A stretch of DNA of 64,000 nucleotides, taken from a virus. Under the pieces are notes generated by a model that was not told where the DNA came from, did not search any database, and saw only the letters and a program-made list of their open reading frames with translations. Position 1 is the first letter of the stretch; the number at the start of each line of letters is the position of its first letter. Made by a program: the position numbers and the translations under genes. The DNA lies in the IMG/VR virus record IMGVR_UViG_3300020204_000005; one strand, given 5' to 3'. Shown piece after piece: positions 8,917 to 19,160 of the stretch.

Positions 8917-10692
8917 ATGAGTTTAACAAAAGAACAACTTCTTTTAGAGTATGTTAAGTGTATGAGAGATACTCCATACGCATTAAGAACCTATTTGCAA
9001 ACATATGACAATACAGTATCAAAATATGTACCGTTAGAATTATTTCCAGACCAAGTAACATTACTTGAAGACTATGAGCAGTATAACGAAAATATCGCAT
9101 TAAAGTACAGACAGGCAGGTGTATCAACAGTTACAGGTGCTTGGATTTCTAAAAAATTAGTTTTTGCTAAAAAAGAAAAACCTGAAAAGATTCTTATTAT
9201 CGCTAACAAATTGGACACTTCTATTGAAATGGCAAATAAAATTAGAATGTTCGTTAGCCAATGGCCGTCTTGGACGGGTGTTGACATTGACCCTAATAAA
9301 AAATCAACTAAACATTACAAATTAACCAATGGGTGTGAGGTTAAGGCGGTTGCAACATCTAAAGACGCCTTACGAGGATTTACACCTACTGTACTTGTAT
9401 TTGATGAGGCGGCTTTTATCGAAGCGGACAGTGATTTTTGGGCGGCTTGTATGGCCTCATTATCTACGGGAGGTAAAGTAATCGTAGTTTCCACACCTAA
9501 CGGATACGACCCAATCTATTATGAAATTTATGACCAATCATTACGTAACATGAACGATTTTAAGATTACTGAAATGTATTGGTTTAGAGACCCAAGATAT
9601 ACCAAAGATTTATTCTTTATTAAAACTGAAAGTATAATACACTACTTATTAAATAAAGAAGAATATAATGAATCTGATTTTATAAAGTGGGAAGAAAAAC
9701 CTTTTGAGAATAGGGATTATAAAGAAGTAAAAGAGTTAATGAATCAAGGTTATAAACCATGTTCTACTTGGTTTGAGAACATGGTCAAAAAACTTAAGTA
9801 TGATAAGAGAAAAGTATCTCAAGAGTTAGAATGTAACTTTTTAGGTTCGGGTGATAACGTATTCGATTCTTTAATGTTACAAAAAATTAAAGAGAATTCT
9901 ATTAAACCCCCGACAAACAAAATGATGGGTAATGCTTTATGGATATGGAAAGAACCCATTGTAGGTCACAAATATGTTATGGGAGTTGATGTATCAAGAG
10001 GAGATAGTGAAGATTTTAGTTGTTTCCAAATCATTGATTTTGATAATAGAGAACAAGTTGCAGAATACGTTGGTAAATTACCTCCTGACACAATGGCTGA
10101 GATATGTTATAAATGGGCCAACATGTATTCTTGTTTTGTGGTGATTGATATTACAGGTGGTATGGGTGTTTCTACCGCAAGGAAAATGCAAGAAATGGGT
10201 TATAAAAATTTATACGTTGATGGTATTGATGTTTCTAATAAATGGAAGTATGACCCTAAAGCATTAGAAAAAATCCCTGGAATAAATTTTAATAATAAAC
10301 GTGTACAGATAATTGCTTCATTTGAGGAGGTAATGAGACATGAGTTTAAAATATACAGTTCCCGTTTATTTAACGAGATGAATACATTTGTATATATTAA
10401 CGGAAGACCTGACCACCAAAAAGGTCATCACGATGACCTTATTATGGGTATTGCCATGGCAACCTATGTTGCTGAATCGTCATTTAGTAATTTAACAAAA
10501 GTAACTGAACATACTAAAGCAATGATTGATTCATGGTCGGTTAGTAATAATGAAAATGTATCACAACAAATAGCGTTTAATCCCGTGATACCGCATTACA
10601 ATGAAAGAATATCACAATTTAATTCAGGTCATATACCAAGAGAAGAATATATGAAACACGCTTGGTTATTTGGTGGTAGACAATATTTATAA
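8917..10692 (+). CDS. terL: Terminase large subunit (T4 gp17-like)
   Basis: Walker A-like KYRQAGVST, Walker B LVFDEAAF, STPNG, RNase H-like nuclease MGVDVSRG...HHDDLIM; position before portal. Confidence 0.93.
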   Translation: MSLTKEQLLLEYVKCMRDTPYALRTYLQTYDNTVSKYVPLELFPDQVTLLEDYEQYNENIALKYRQAGVSTVTGAWISKKLVFAKKEKPEKILIIANKLDTSIEMANKIRMFVSQWPSWTGVDIDPNKKSTKHYKLTNGCEVKAVATSKDALRGFTPTVLVFDEAAFIEADSDFWAACMASLSTGGKVIVVSTPNGYDPIYYEIYDQSLRNMNDFKITEMYWFRDPRYTKDLFFIKTESIIHYLLNKEEYNESDFIKWEEKPFENRDYKEVKELMNQGYKPCSTWFENMVKKLKYDKRKVSQELECNFLGSGDNVFDSLMLQKIKENSIKPPTNKMMGNALWIWKEPIVGHKYVMGVDVSRGDSEDFSCFQIIDFDNREQVAEYVGKLPPDTMAEICYKWANMYSCFVVIDITGGMGVSTARKMQEMGYKNLYVDGIDVSNKWKYDPKALEKIPGINFNNKRVQIIASFEEVMRHEFKIYSSRLFNEMNTFVYINGRPDHQKGHHDDLIMGIAMATYVAESSFSNLTKVTEHTKAMIDSWSVSNNENVSQQIAFNPVIPHYNERISQFNSGHIPREEYMKHAWLFGGRQYL

Positions 10693-10704
10693 TAAAATAA
10701 AACT

Positions 10705-10854
10705 ATGGGTCTAACAAGTAGAAAAAGGTCGGGTAAAAAATTTAATGGAAGTAAGCTAAATGTTCCTGGTCAAGGAATTAGTTCTGTTAAACCTGGCGGT
10801 GATAATAAAATAAATCAACAAAAAGGTAGTGATAGTAAAGGTAATAATCAATAA
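10705..10854 (+). CDS. Small basic 49-aa protein
   Basis: My translation: MGLTSRKRSGKKFNGSKLNVPGQGISSVKPGGDNKINQQKGSDSKGNNQ; below the ORF-track cutoff; TATTTAT motif 14 nt upstream; fills the terL-portal gap. Confidence 0.55.
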   Translation: MGLTSRKRSGKKFNGSKLNVPGQGISSVKPGGDNKINQQKGSDSKGNNQ

Positions 10855-10892
10855 CTATTTATATTACTTCTGTTTGTGATTAAATTAATTAT

Positions 10893-12701
10893 ATGGAAAA
10901 TAATAACAATAATCTAACGGTTTGGCAAAGGTTGTCCCATGCACTCGGACCCAATGCCTTATTGAATCAAGATTACCCAACGTACAAATTTGATAAAAAA
11001 GATTTATTAAAAACTACTTCAAAACAAGAATACGATAGAGAGTTATTACAAGCTCAACAAACTATGTATTTGTCGGGTCAATGGACCAAGATTGAAAGTA
11101 ACTTATATACTCAGGCGGTCTATTACGAACCAACAAGGTTAGCATCATTTTATGATTATGAATCTATGGAATACACTCCTGAGATTTCAGCCGCGTTAGA
11201 TATATACGGTGAAGAATCAACAACTGTTGACCAAAATGGTTATATGTTACAAATTTATTCGGAATCTAAACGTATTAAAGGAATATTAGCCGATTTATTT
11301 AACAATGTGTTAGATATTAATACTAATTTACCAATGTGGACAAGAAACACATGTAAATATGGTGATAATTTTGTTTACTTAAAATTAGATTCAGAAAAAG
11401 GTGTGGTTGGTTGTATGCAATTACCAAATATCGAAATTGAAAGACTAGAGAGAGGTATGCCTGCACAAGCAACAAGACAGAATATTGAGGAGCCTGCAGA
11501 GAATAAAGGTCTTAGATTTAAATGGAAAATTAAAGACATGGAATTTAATGCTTGGGAGATAGCACATTTTAGATTGTTAGGTGACGATAGAAAACTTCCA
11601 TACGGAACATCTATGTTAGAAAAGGCAAGACGTATTTGGAAACAATTATTATTATCTGAAGACGCTATGTTAATTTATAGAACATCAAGAGCGCCTGAAA
11701 GAAGAGTATTTAAAGTTTTTGTCGGTAATATGGATGACAAAGACGTTGAGGCATACGTACAAAGAGTTGCCAATAAATTTAAAAGAAATCAAATAGTAGA
11801 TGACAAAACAGGTAATGTTGATTTAAGATTTAATCAGATGGCCGTAGACCAAGATTATTTTATTCCTGTTCGTGACCCTGCACAAGCATCACCTATTGAC
11901 ACTTTACCTGGGGCTCAAAATTTAGCTGAAATTGCTGATATTGAATATATTCAGAAAAAATTATTAACCGCATTACGAGTACCTAAAGCGTTTTTAGGAT
12001 TTGAAGAACCTGTTGGTGAAGGTAAAAATTTATCGTTACAAGATATTCGTTTTGCAAGAACTATTAATAGAATACAAAAATGTATGATTGCAGAATTAAA
12101 TAAAATTGCGATTATACATTTATTTCTGTTAGGTTTTGAAGATGAGTTAGGTAATTTTACATTAGGATTAACTAACCCATCAACACAAGCTGATTTATTA
12201 AAAGTTGACGTTTGGAAAGAAAAAATATTATTATATAAAGACGCAGTAACCGCAATAGAAGGTATTGCTCCTGTATCAGTTTCATGGGCCAAAAAACATA
12301 TTTTAGGTTTCTCAGATGAAGAAATAAAACTTGATTTACAACAACAAAGAATTGAAAAGGCCGTTGGTGCTGAATTAACTAATACTGCAACAATTATAAG
12401 TCACACAGGTTTATTTGATAATGTTGATAAACTTTATGGTTCCAAGTCAGGTGATACTGCGGGAGGAGGGGCCGCCCCACCACCTCCAGGCGGGGGGGAT
12501 ATGGGAGCACCTACACCACCTCCTGGACCTGAACCTGGCGGTGATGCGGGAGTAACCCCTGAATCATTAAATAGAGATAATTTAAAAATATTACTAGAAT
12601 CTGATTCTTTAACTGACGATGGTTCCTACATAGATTTATCCAAAGCGAAAAATTCTTTGGGTGAAATTGAGGATAGATTGAATAAACTTTTAGGTGATTG
12701 A
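10893..12701 (+). CDS. gp20: Portal vertex protein (T4 gp20-like)
   Basis: EDAMLIYRTSRAPERRVFKVFVGNM, DYFIPVR, IDTLPGAQNL, DIEYIQKKLLTALRVP, DIRFARTINRIQ are gp20 hallmark segments. Confidence 0.95.
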   Translation: MENNNNNLTVWQRLSHALGPNALLNQDYPTYKFDKKDLLKTTSKQEYDRELLQAQQTMYLSGQWTKIESNLYTQAVYYEPTRLASFYDYESMEYTPEISAALDIYGEESTTVDQNGYMLQIYSESKRIKGILADLFNNVLDINTNLPMWTRNTCKYGDNFVYLKLDSEKGVVGCMQLPNIEIERLERGMPAQATRQNIEEPAENKGLRFKWKIKDMEFNAWEIAHFRLLGDDRKLPYGTSMLEKARRIWKQLLLSEDAMLIYRTSRAPERRVFKVFVGNMDDKDVEAYVQRVANKFKRNQIVDDKTGNVDLRFNQMAVDQDYFIPVRDPAQASPIDTLPGAQNLAEIADIEYIQKKLLTALRVPKAFLGFEEPVGEGKNLSLQDIRFARTINRIQKCMIAELNKIAIIHLFLLGFEDELGNFTLGLTNPSTQADLLKVDVWKEKILLYKDAVTAIEGIAPVSVSWAKKHILGFSDEEIKLDLQQQRIEKAVGAELTNTATIISHTGLFDNVDKLYGSKSGDTAGGGAAPPPPGGGDMGAPTPPPGPEPGGDAGVTPESLNRDNLKILLESDSLTDDGSYIDLSKAKNSLGEIEDRLNKLLGD

Positions 12702-12723
12702 TATTTATAATAAAAAATACAAG

Positions 12724-13440
12724 ATGGTTAAGTTTGGATTATTAAAATCAAAGATAGAAAAAGTATTAGTTGAGTCGTACTCAAATGATACTTTTAAAGA
12801 AGAATTGAAAAGATTTAAAGTATATGTTTTAGAGAATAAAAACATTAGTAAATTATTTTATCTTTATGACGAATTAAATTATAAAAGAGGGTTAAATGAT
12901 ATCCTTGCAAATGATTATATAAATGAATGTATAACCATTTACGAAAACACAATTAATAAAGTTAAAGAAAAAGATATTTTAAGATTAAAAAATTGGGTAA
13001 GTAACGTCAATTCAAACAACGACTATCCTGAAATTGATAGTTTATTTTCCACTGATGTTTTAACAATTGAATCTAAAATAAAAAGTAAAAAAATAATTAA
13101 AGAATCGTTAACAAAACCAAAACCTATACAAAAAGAATATGTTCATCTACCATTAAGTACTATGGTTGGAATAGCAAATAAAACAATTTCTAGTTACGTT
13201 GAAAGTTTAAATGAATCTGAAAAGAAAGAATTAATTGATTTTTTAAACACTGACGATTCATCTCTAAATAATGATTTTAATGAGGTTAAAAATCAGGTAA
13301 TTAATAAATTATCAAATCTTAAAAAAGGTTCCGATTCGGAAACATTATCCCGAATAAACGAAACTATCGAGAGAGTATCATCAGAAAAATGTAACAAGTT
13401 TACACTATTCAAACTGAAAAAACTAAAAGAAAATCTTTAA
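12724..13440 (+). CDS. hypothetical protein (head module)
   Basis: ORF track 12694..13440; ATG 12724 lies downstream of TATTTAT at 12702. Confidence 0.7.
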   Translation: MVKFGLLKSKIEKVLVESYSNDTFKEELKRFKVYVLENKNISKLFYLYDELNYKRGLNDILANDYINECITIYENTINKVKEKDILRLKNWVSNVNSNNDYPEIDSLFSTDVLTIESKIKSKKIIKESLTKPKPIQKEYVHLPLSTMVGIANKTISSYVESLNESEKKELIDFLNTDDSSLNNDFNEVKNQVINKLSNLKKGSDSETLSRINETIERVSSEKCNKFTLFKLKKLKENL

Positions 13441-13631
13441 TCTAAATTAGATTTAAATTTTTGTTGTACGTATTTAGCTTTTTGAAGTTCCTGTCTTTTT
13501 ATAACTGATTTCTTTATAAAAGTTTTTCTATTATTTAATTCAGACATTTGTCTTATCTTAATAATTTTACTTTTGTATTGTTTTAGAGCTTTCTCTATTG
13601 AGTTTTTATTATCCACTTTAACTATTATCAT
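13437..13631 (-). CDS. rpsU: Ribosomal protein bS21 homolog, Bacteroidota type
   Basis: 64 aa; SIEKALKQYKSK...ELNNRKTFIKKSVIKRQELQKAKY matches the bS21 pattern (I.RALKRYK.K...LR.R..F.KPSV.KR...QKA.Y); Tyr at position 54. Confidence 0.88.
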   Translation of the reverse strand: MIIVKVDNKNSIEKALKQYKSKIIKIRQMSELNNRKTFIKKSVIKRQELQKAKYVQQKFKSNLD

Positions 13632-13723
13632 ATACTACATATATCTTAAAAATTTTCTTTTTTTGACTATTGATACAAATATACTTATTTTTTTGAAAAA
13701 TAAACTTAAAAATATGGAATTTA

Positions 13724-14170
13724 ATGAAAAAGGGGAAAACCTCAAAAATCGCAGGGTTCAGAACTGCCAAAGTTATTTATGGTACAGTGGACTCATTTAA
13801 TCTAAGGTCACTGTATTTAAACATTCAAACATGGGTAGAACCAATTATAGACTCGGAAAATTGGAGTCGAGTCGTACAAAATCTAAGTAGAACAATAAAA
13901 CATGTTGTGTTAGATTCATTAGATAAATCAATCTTTGATGATAAATTTATTGTTGATTTAGATTTAAGGTCGAGTGGGTTAACATTAGGAAAAAAATCAT
14001 TTCTTAACCTTGAAATAAATTTATACTTAAAGGAAGAAGGTATTGATTTTAAATCAAATAGTTTAAGAGGTTCACTAAAAAAATTATCCCGAGACGTTTT
14101 CCAAAAAGGATTTTTAGAGAGTAGGTATTTCACCTATTATTTAAGCAAAAAAGATAAAGTAAAAGTATAA
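13724..14170 (+). CDS. hypothetical protein
   Basis: ORF track; divergent from bS21. Confidence 0.7.
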   Translation: MKKGKTSKIAGFRTAKVIYGTVDSFNLRSLYLNIQTWVEPIIDSENWSRVVQNLSRTIKHVVLDSLDKSIFDDKFIVDLDLRSSGLTLGKKSFLNLEINLYLKEEGIDFKSNSLRGSLKKLSRDVFQKGFLESRYFTYYLSKKDKVKV

Positions 14171-14206
14171 ACTCAAATACTTCAATATTTATAATTAAAA
14201 TTGACA

Positions 14207-14932
14207 ATGAGTTTACAAATAATACAACCAGGCCAAGTAGGTAAAGGAATTCTTATCGAATATGACGCAGGATTTATTAATCCTAAAGATAAGTATAATT
14301 CTGAACTAATCAGAGAATCCAAAAATTTCATGGACCATACAAAACCTTTTGAATTTTATGCAGTATTACAAAAATATAATACACCAAATAGGAACGGTAG
14401 AATTTACCCTGAAAGGATTTTAAAAAGAGAAGCTGATAATTACAAAAAAATGATTGAAAAGGGGACATCATTATCTGAATTGAATCACCCTGAATCTTCT
14501 CTTATAGACTTAGATAGAGTATCTCATATTATAACTGATGTATGGTGGGATGGACCAATATTAATGGGTAAATTAAAATTACTTACAAGCCCAGGATTTC
14601 ATGAAAGAGGTGTGTGTTCCACAAAAGGTGATTTAGCGGCAAACTATTTAAGACAAGGGGTAACTCTTGGTATTTCTTCTCGTGGGGTAGGTTCATTAAA
14701 AAAGGTTGGGGAACAAAATGAAGTGCAGGATGATTTTGAATTGATTTGTTTTGATTTAGTTTCGTCACCATCAACACCTGGGGCTTATTTATTTTTAAAT
14801 CCTGAAGACAAAAATAATTTCGAGGAAAATCTTGATGAGGAGAAAAAAATGTCAATTGAAAGAAATGTTGGACAGTCAGGAAATAAATCACTTGACTTAA
14901 TGAGAAAGTTATCCGATTATTTAGGATACTAA
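14207..14932 (+). CDS. gp21: Prohead core protease (T4 gp21-like)
   Basis: NRNGRIYP, ELNHP (His), GISSRGVGS (Ser), FDLVSSPSTPGAY (Asp); ATG at 14207. Confidence 0.93.
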   Translation: MSLQIIQPGQVGKGILIEYDAGFINPKDKYNSELIRESKNFMDHTKPFEFYAVLQKYNTPNRNGRIYPERILKREADNYKKMIEKGTSLSELNHPESSLIDLDRVSHIITDVWWDGPILMGKLKLLTSPGFHERGVCSTKGDLAANYLRQGVTLGISSRGVGSLKKVGEQNEVQDDFELICFDLVSSPSTPGAYLFLNPEDKNNFEENLDEEKKMSIERNVGQSGNKSLDLMRKLSDYLGY

Positions 14933-14944
14933 AAAAATTTATTT

Positions 14945-15154
14945 ATGGACGAAAAATATTTCATTGCCCGAGTTACCATTGATATGGTAGATTCAGAATC
15001 AGGTAAAGTAAAAAAACAAAAAGAAGAAAAGTTAGTTAAGGGTTATAACCCAACTGATGTTGAAGCTAAAATTACTAAGGTGTTTGAGCATTATACACAA
15101 GATTGGCGAATAACCGCTATTGTTGAAAGTAAAATAGATGAGGTGATAGAATAA
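14945..15154 (+). CDS. hypothetical protein
   Basis: 69-aa ORF between protease and a terminator. Confidence 0.65.
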   Translation: MDEKYFIARVTIDMVDSESGKVKKQKEEKLVKGYNPTDVEAKITKVFEHYTQDWRITAIVESKIDEVIE

Positions 15155-15182
15155 TTAGATTTCAATAGTTTAATTAACATAG

Positions 15183-15209
15183 AAAAGGGGGTCAATAGAC
15201 CTCCTTTTT
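15183..15209 (+). terminator. Rho-independent terminator
   Basis: AAAAGGGGGTC-AATA-GACCTCCTTTT followed by a T-rich tract. Confidence 0.7.
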
Positions 15210-15324
15210 GTTTTTTGTCAAAAATAGAAATATTTATGGAATATAAAAACTAATTGTTGAAACAGTTAAAAATAAAACTTTTTTAACAATTGGTAATATT
15301 TATTATAAAAATAAAAAACGCAAA

Positions 15325-17058
15325 ATGGCAAAAGAAAAATCATTAGTAGAAGAAGCAATCATCCAAATGAAGAATTTGGAAGAGGCGGTTGCCGAAAATG
15401 CAAAAGGAATACTTGCATCAACGATGAAGCAAGAAATCAAAGATTTAGTAAAAGAATCTCTATCTGAACAAGATGAAGATGAGGTTGAAACAGATGTTGA
15501 CATTGAAGATGACGCAGACATTGATATGGATGCCGAAGATGATATGGATACAGATAACGACTTAGGTGATGAAGACATTGACGTTGATGTAGATGCGGAT
15601 TCTGAAGATGTAATTGACTTAACAGGTCAACCTAGTTCTGAAGTTCTTAAAGTGTTTCAATTACTTGGACCTGAAGACCAAATAGTGGTTACTAAAGACC
15701 CTAATGGGAACATAAACTTAAAAGATAACGAAACAAACAAAGAATATATGATAGTAGGTGAAAACATTGAAGAAGAAGATTATCTGAACGAATACTCTGA
15801 ATTAGGTGATATGAATGAAGAAGATTGGTCGACAGATGGAATGAATAATGAAGATATCGATGCTCTTGTTGAAAGAGTTTTTGGTGTTGAAGATGAATAT
15901 TCTGAAGATTCTGACTATGATGACACTTCTGACTTTGTTGGACTTGGTGGTATGGACGAAGGTGTTTACGCTGCCGTTCGCGAAGATTATGACGATGAAG
16001 CAAATATGGGTGCCTTAGATGAAGATGATTTCGATAGTATTGATATGAACAAAATGTACGGAGACGAAGGTGCTGACCAATTAGGTGAGGATAACGATGA
16101 TATCGTTTACGAAATTGAATTTGATGGAGAAGAACCTGAACTTTCTGAACGGGGCCACTCTAGATATCGTGATTTAAAATACCATTTTGGTAGACGTGGT
16201 GAAGATGAAGATGAATATGACACTACGGATGACTATAAAGATGGAGATTATGATGAACTTGAAGAATGGTCTTGGGGTGGTGCTTTAGCAGGAGGAATAT
16301 CAGGAGGATTAGGTATTGATGAAGATATGGAAGAACCTGTAATGGAAAGTAAAAAAATGTCACGTAAAATACCTGGAGTCGGAATGGGTAAACCTAAATT
16401 TTCTTATGATGGCAAACCTAACCAAAACTTACGTGTGAAAAAACAAGGTTACGGTGGTAAAGGAATTGGATTTGGAAACGCTAAAAAAGCATCTAAGTTT
16501 GACGCTGACAAAGATAATGGTCAAATGGATGGAGAATTTAGAGTTAAACCTAAAAAGTTTGAAGCAAAAGAAGCGGCACGTACATATGGTAATGGTTCTA
16601 AATCAGGAAGAGGGCTTAGAAAAGGAATCACTCCTAATAGAAACCTTACGTTTGAAAACGTTGACGCGAGAGAAATACAAATCCTTAGAGAAAAAAATGA
16701 AGAATACAGAAAAGCATTAAATATCTTCAGAAATAAATTGAATGAGGTTGCGGTGTTTAACTCAAACTTGGCTTACGCTACACGTTTGTTTACAGAACAC
16801 TCAACGTCTAAACAAGAAAAAATAAATATATTAAGAAGATTTGATTCTGTAGAAACTATTAAAGAGTCTAAGAATTTATATCACCAAGTTAAGGATGAAT
16901 TATCTGTGTCATCAAACCAATCACCAATCAACGAATCATTTGAAAGAGTAATTGAAAAAACTCCTTCTACAGGTTCAGCGGTTAACTTGATTGAGTCTAA
17001 GACATATGAAAATCCACAATTCTTAAGAATGAAAGACTTAATGTCAAAATTAAGATAA
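15325..17058 (+). CDS. Prohead core scaffolding protein (gp22-position)
   Basis: Very acidic, many I/L-x-E sites, C-terminal coiled coil; lies between protease and major capsid gene. Confidence 0.75.
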   Translation: MAKEKSLVEEAIIQMKNLEEAVAENAKGILASTMKQEIKDLVKESLSEQDEDEVETDVDIEDDADIDMDAEDDMDTDNDLGDEDIDVDVDADSEDVIDLTGQPSSEVLKVFQLLGPEDQIVVTKDPNGNINLKDNETNKEYMIVGENIEEEDYLNEYSELGDMNEEDWSTDGMNNEDIDALVERVFGVEDEYSEDSDYDDTSDFVGLGGMDEGVYAAVREDYDDEANMGALDEDDFDSIDMNKMYGDEGADQLGEDNDDIVYEIEFDGEEPELSERGHSRYRDLKYHFGRRGEDEDEYDTTDDYKDGDYDELEEWSWGGALAGGISGGLGIDEDMEEPVMESKKMSRKIPGVGMGKPKFSYDGKPNQNLRVKKQGYGGKGIGFGNAKKASKFDADKDNGQMDGEFRVKPKKFEAKEAARTYGNGSKSGRGLRKGITPNRNLTFENVDAREIQILREKNEEYRKALNIFRNKLNEVAVFNSNLAYATRLFTEHSTSKQEKINILRRFDSVETIKESKNLYHQVKDELSVSSNQSPINESFERVIEKTPSTGSAVNLIESKTYENPQFLRMKDLMSKLR

Positions 17059-17101
17059 TAAAAAATAAATAAACAAAAAAGCAAATAAAAAACCAAAAAA
17101 A

Positions 17102-18982
17102 ATGGGAGCATTATTAGAATCAGGTCTTGTTGGTAACATCGGTCTTAAGCACCTTAAAGTTATCAAAGAAGATACAATTAACAAATGGGATAGATTAGGA
17201 TTCCTAGAAGGTCTAAGAGGACATTTAAAAGAGAACGTAGCTCAGTTATATGAGAACCAAGCGTCTCACCTAATTAATGAGGCAACTTCTGACGGTTCTT
17301 CAGGTTCATTTGAAACTGTTGTTTTCCCAATCGTTAGACGTGTATTCTCTAAATTATTAGCTAACGACATCGTGTCTGTACAAGCTATGAACTTACCTAT
17401 CGGTAAATTATTCTACTTCGTACCTAAAATCCAAGGGTATAAAGATGGTAGTTATGATGCGGCGACTTATTCAGGTGGTTCAGGAGAACATTACGGTCCT
17501 GTTGGAGCAGTAAACGGTTTAACTGCTGACCAAGCTAAAGCTGGTCAAGGTTATACTACAGGTACTGCGTCTAATTACAATCCTACTTACAAGAAAAATC
17601 TTTACGATTTATTCTATGAAGGTAATGAAGGTCAATTAGACCCTCCAGGATTATTTGATTACTCTAAAGGTCAGTGGTCGGCGATTACTGCAACTACAGA
17701 CGTACAAGTTTGGAATGGTTCTAACTTAGTTGACGCTGATGGTCAATACAATGGCGAAAACGTAAGAAAAGTAATCGTTAAAATGTGTGGTTTTGCTAAC
17801 ACAGGTAATGGTAAATTAATCGGACCTGATGGAAATGAGTATGATACTGAATCATTCTTAGCAGACTTAAGAGTATTCGCTAACGAAAATTTCACAGATG
17901 ATGATTCACCATGTAATGTTGTTTTTGCTGACGACGCTAAAACTATACCAAATTCTTTATTGTTCCGTGTAGTTACACAACAATATGGACAAGGAATTGT
18001 TTCTAATTTATCAACAAGAGCACAAGCATCTTGGCCTACAGAAGGAAATGGTGGATACTTTAATGATATTTGTACTCCTGATGGATGTATCTTTTTAGAA
18101 GTTGACCTTTCTTGTCCTGTATGTGCTAACTGTAACGCAACATCTTTAGATGGTTACACAGGTACTACAATCGATACATTAGGTCTTAATGACTTCACTG
18201 CAGTATTTAGACGTTACAAAGAACTTGAATTCGAAGACAAAATCGGTGAGGTTTCTTTCGACCTTGAGTCTGTAACAGTTTCTGTAACTGAAAGAAAATT
18301 AAGAGCACAATGGTCACCTGAATTGGCTCAAGACGTAGCGGCATTCCACAACATCGATGCTGAAGCTGAATTAACGGCTTTATTATCTGAACAAGTTGCG
18401 GCAGAAATCGACCGTGAAATCTTAAGAGACCTTAGAAAAGGTGCGGCTTGGAACTTACGTTGGGATTACAACGGATGGAGAAGAATCAACGCTACTACTG
18501 CGTATACACAAAAAGACTGGAACCAAACATTGATTACTGCAATCAACCAATTGTCAGCACAAATCCACAAATCTACTTTAAGAGGTGGAGCTAACTGGAT
18601 TGTTGTATCTTCTGAGGTTTCTGCGATTTTTGATGATTTAGAATACTTCCACGTATCTAACGCGTCTCCTGAGCAAGACCAATACAACATGGGTATTGAA
18701 AGAGTTGGTACATTATCAGGTCGTTACCAAGTTTACCGTGACCCTTACTTCCCACCAAACCAAATCTTAATTGGTCACAAGGGAACGTCATTGTTAGACA
18801 CAGGTTACATCTACGCACCGTATGTACCTCTACAATTAACACCTACAATGTATAACCCATTCAACTTTACACCTATCAAAGGTATTATGACAAGATACGC
18901 TAAGAAAATGGTTAACAACCGTTTCTATGGTAGAGTAACTGTTGATGGTATCCGTACATTCGACTTAAGAGAATTGAGATAA
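17102..18982 (+). CDS. gp23: Major capsid protein (T4 gp23-like) with a Cys-rich insertion
   Basis: LENQ-like LYENQ, PIVRRV, VQAMNLP, RKLRAQWSPELAQD..A.H..DAEAEL, EIDREI, YAPYVPL, GIMTRYA. Confidence 0.96.
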   Translation: MGALLESGLVGNIGLKHLKVIKEDTINKWDRLGFLEGLRGHLKENVAQLYENQASHLINEATSDGSSGSFETVVFPIVRRVFSKLLANDIVSVQAMNLPIGKLFYFVPKIQGYKDGSYDAATYSGGSGEHYGPVGAVNGLTADQAKAGQGYTTGTASNYNPTYKKNLYDLFYEGNEGQLDPPGLFDYSKGQWSAITATTDVQVWNGSNLVDADGQYNGENVRKVIVKMCGFANTGNGKLIGPDGNEYDTESFLADLRVFANENFTDDDSPCNVVFADDAKTIPNSLLFRVVTQQYGQGIVSNLSTRAQASWPTEGNGGYFNDICTPDGCIFLEVDLSCPVCANCNATSLDGYTGTTIDTLGLNDFTAVFRRYKELEFEDKIGEVSFDLESVTVSVTERKLRAQWSPELAQDVAAFHNIDAEAELTALLSEQVAAEIDREILRDLRKGAAWNLRWDYNGWRRINATTAYTQKDWNQTLITAINQLSAQIHKSTLRGGANWIVVSSEVSAIFDDLEYFHVSNASPEQDQYNMGIERVGTLSGRYQVYRDPYFPPNQILIGHKGTSLLDTGYIYAPYVPLQLTPTMYNPFNFTPIKGIMTRYAKKMVNNRFYGRVTVDGIRTFDLRELR

Positions 18983-19001
18983 TCAAAATCTTAAAAATAA
19001 G

Positions 19002-19033
19002 AAAAAGGTCAGATAAATCTGACCTTTTTTTTT
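19002..19033 (+). terminator. Rho-independent terminator after the capsid gene
   Basis: AAAAAGGTCAGA-TAAA-TCTGACCTTTTT plus T-run. Confidence 0.85.
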
Positions 19034-19160
19034 GTTTGATAATTTAAATTGATACTTTGCTCATTTAACTAAAAATTAATAAAACTTATTAAGTGTTTAT
19101 ACTTATTATTAATTTAATTTAGAATATTTATAAATTACAATAATCTTAAAAAAAATAACT

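Noticed and set aside
8917-12701. Inteins or introns in terminase, portal or (60409-63207) polymerase
   Set aside because: ORFs are continuous, of ordinary length, with no recognisable splice-junction or LAGLIDADG motifs.
13573-13800. ORF 13573..13800 (+) overlapping bS21
   Set aside because: Spurious alternative-start ORF over an AT-rich divergent promoter region; it conflicts with two better-supported genes.
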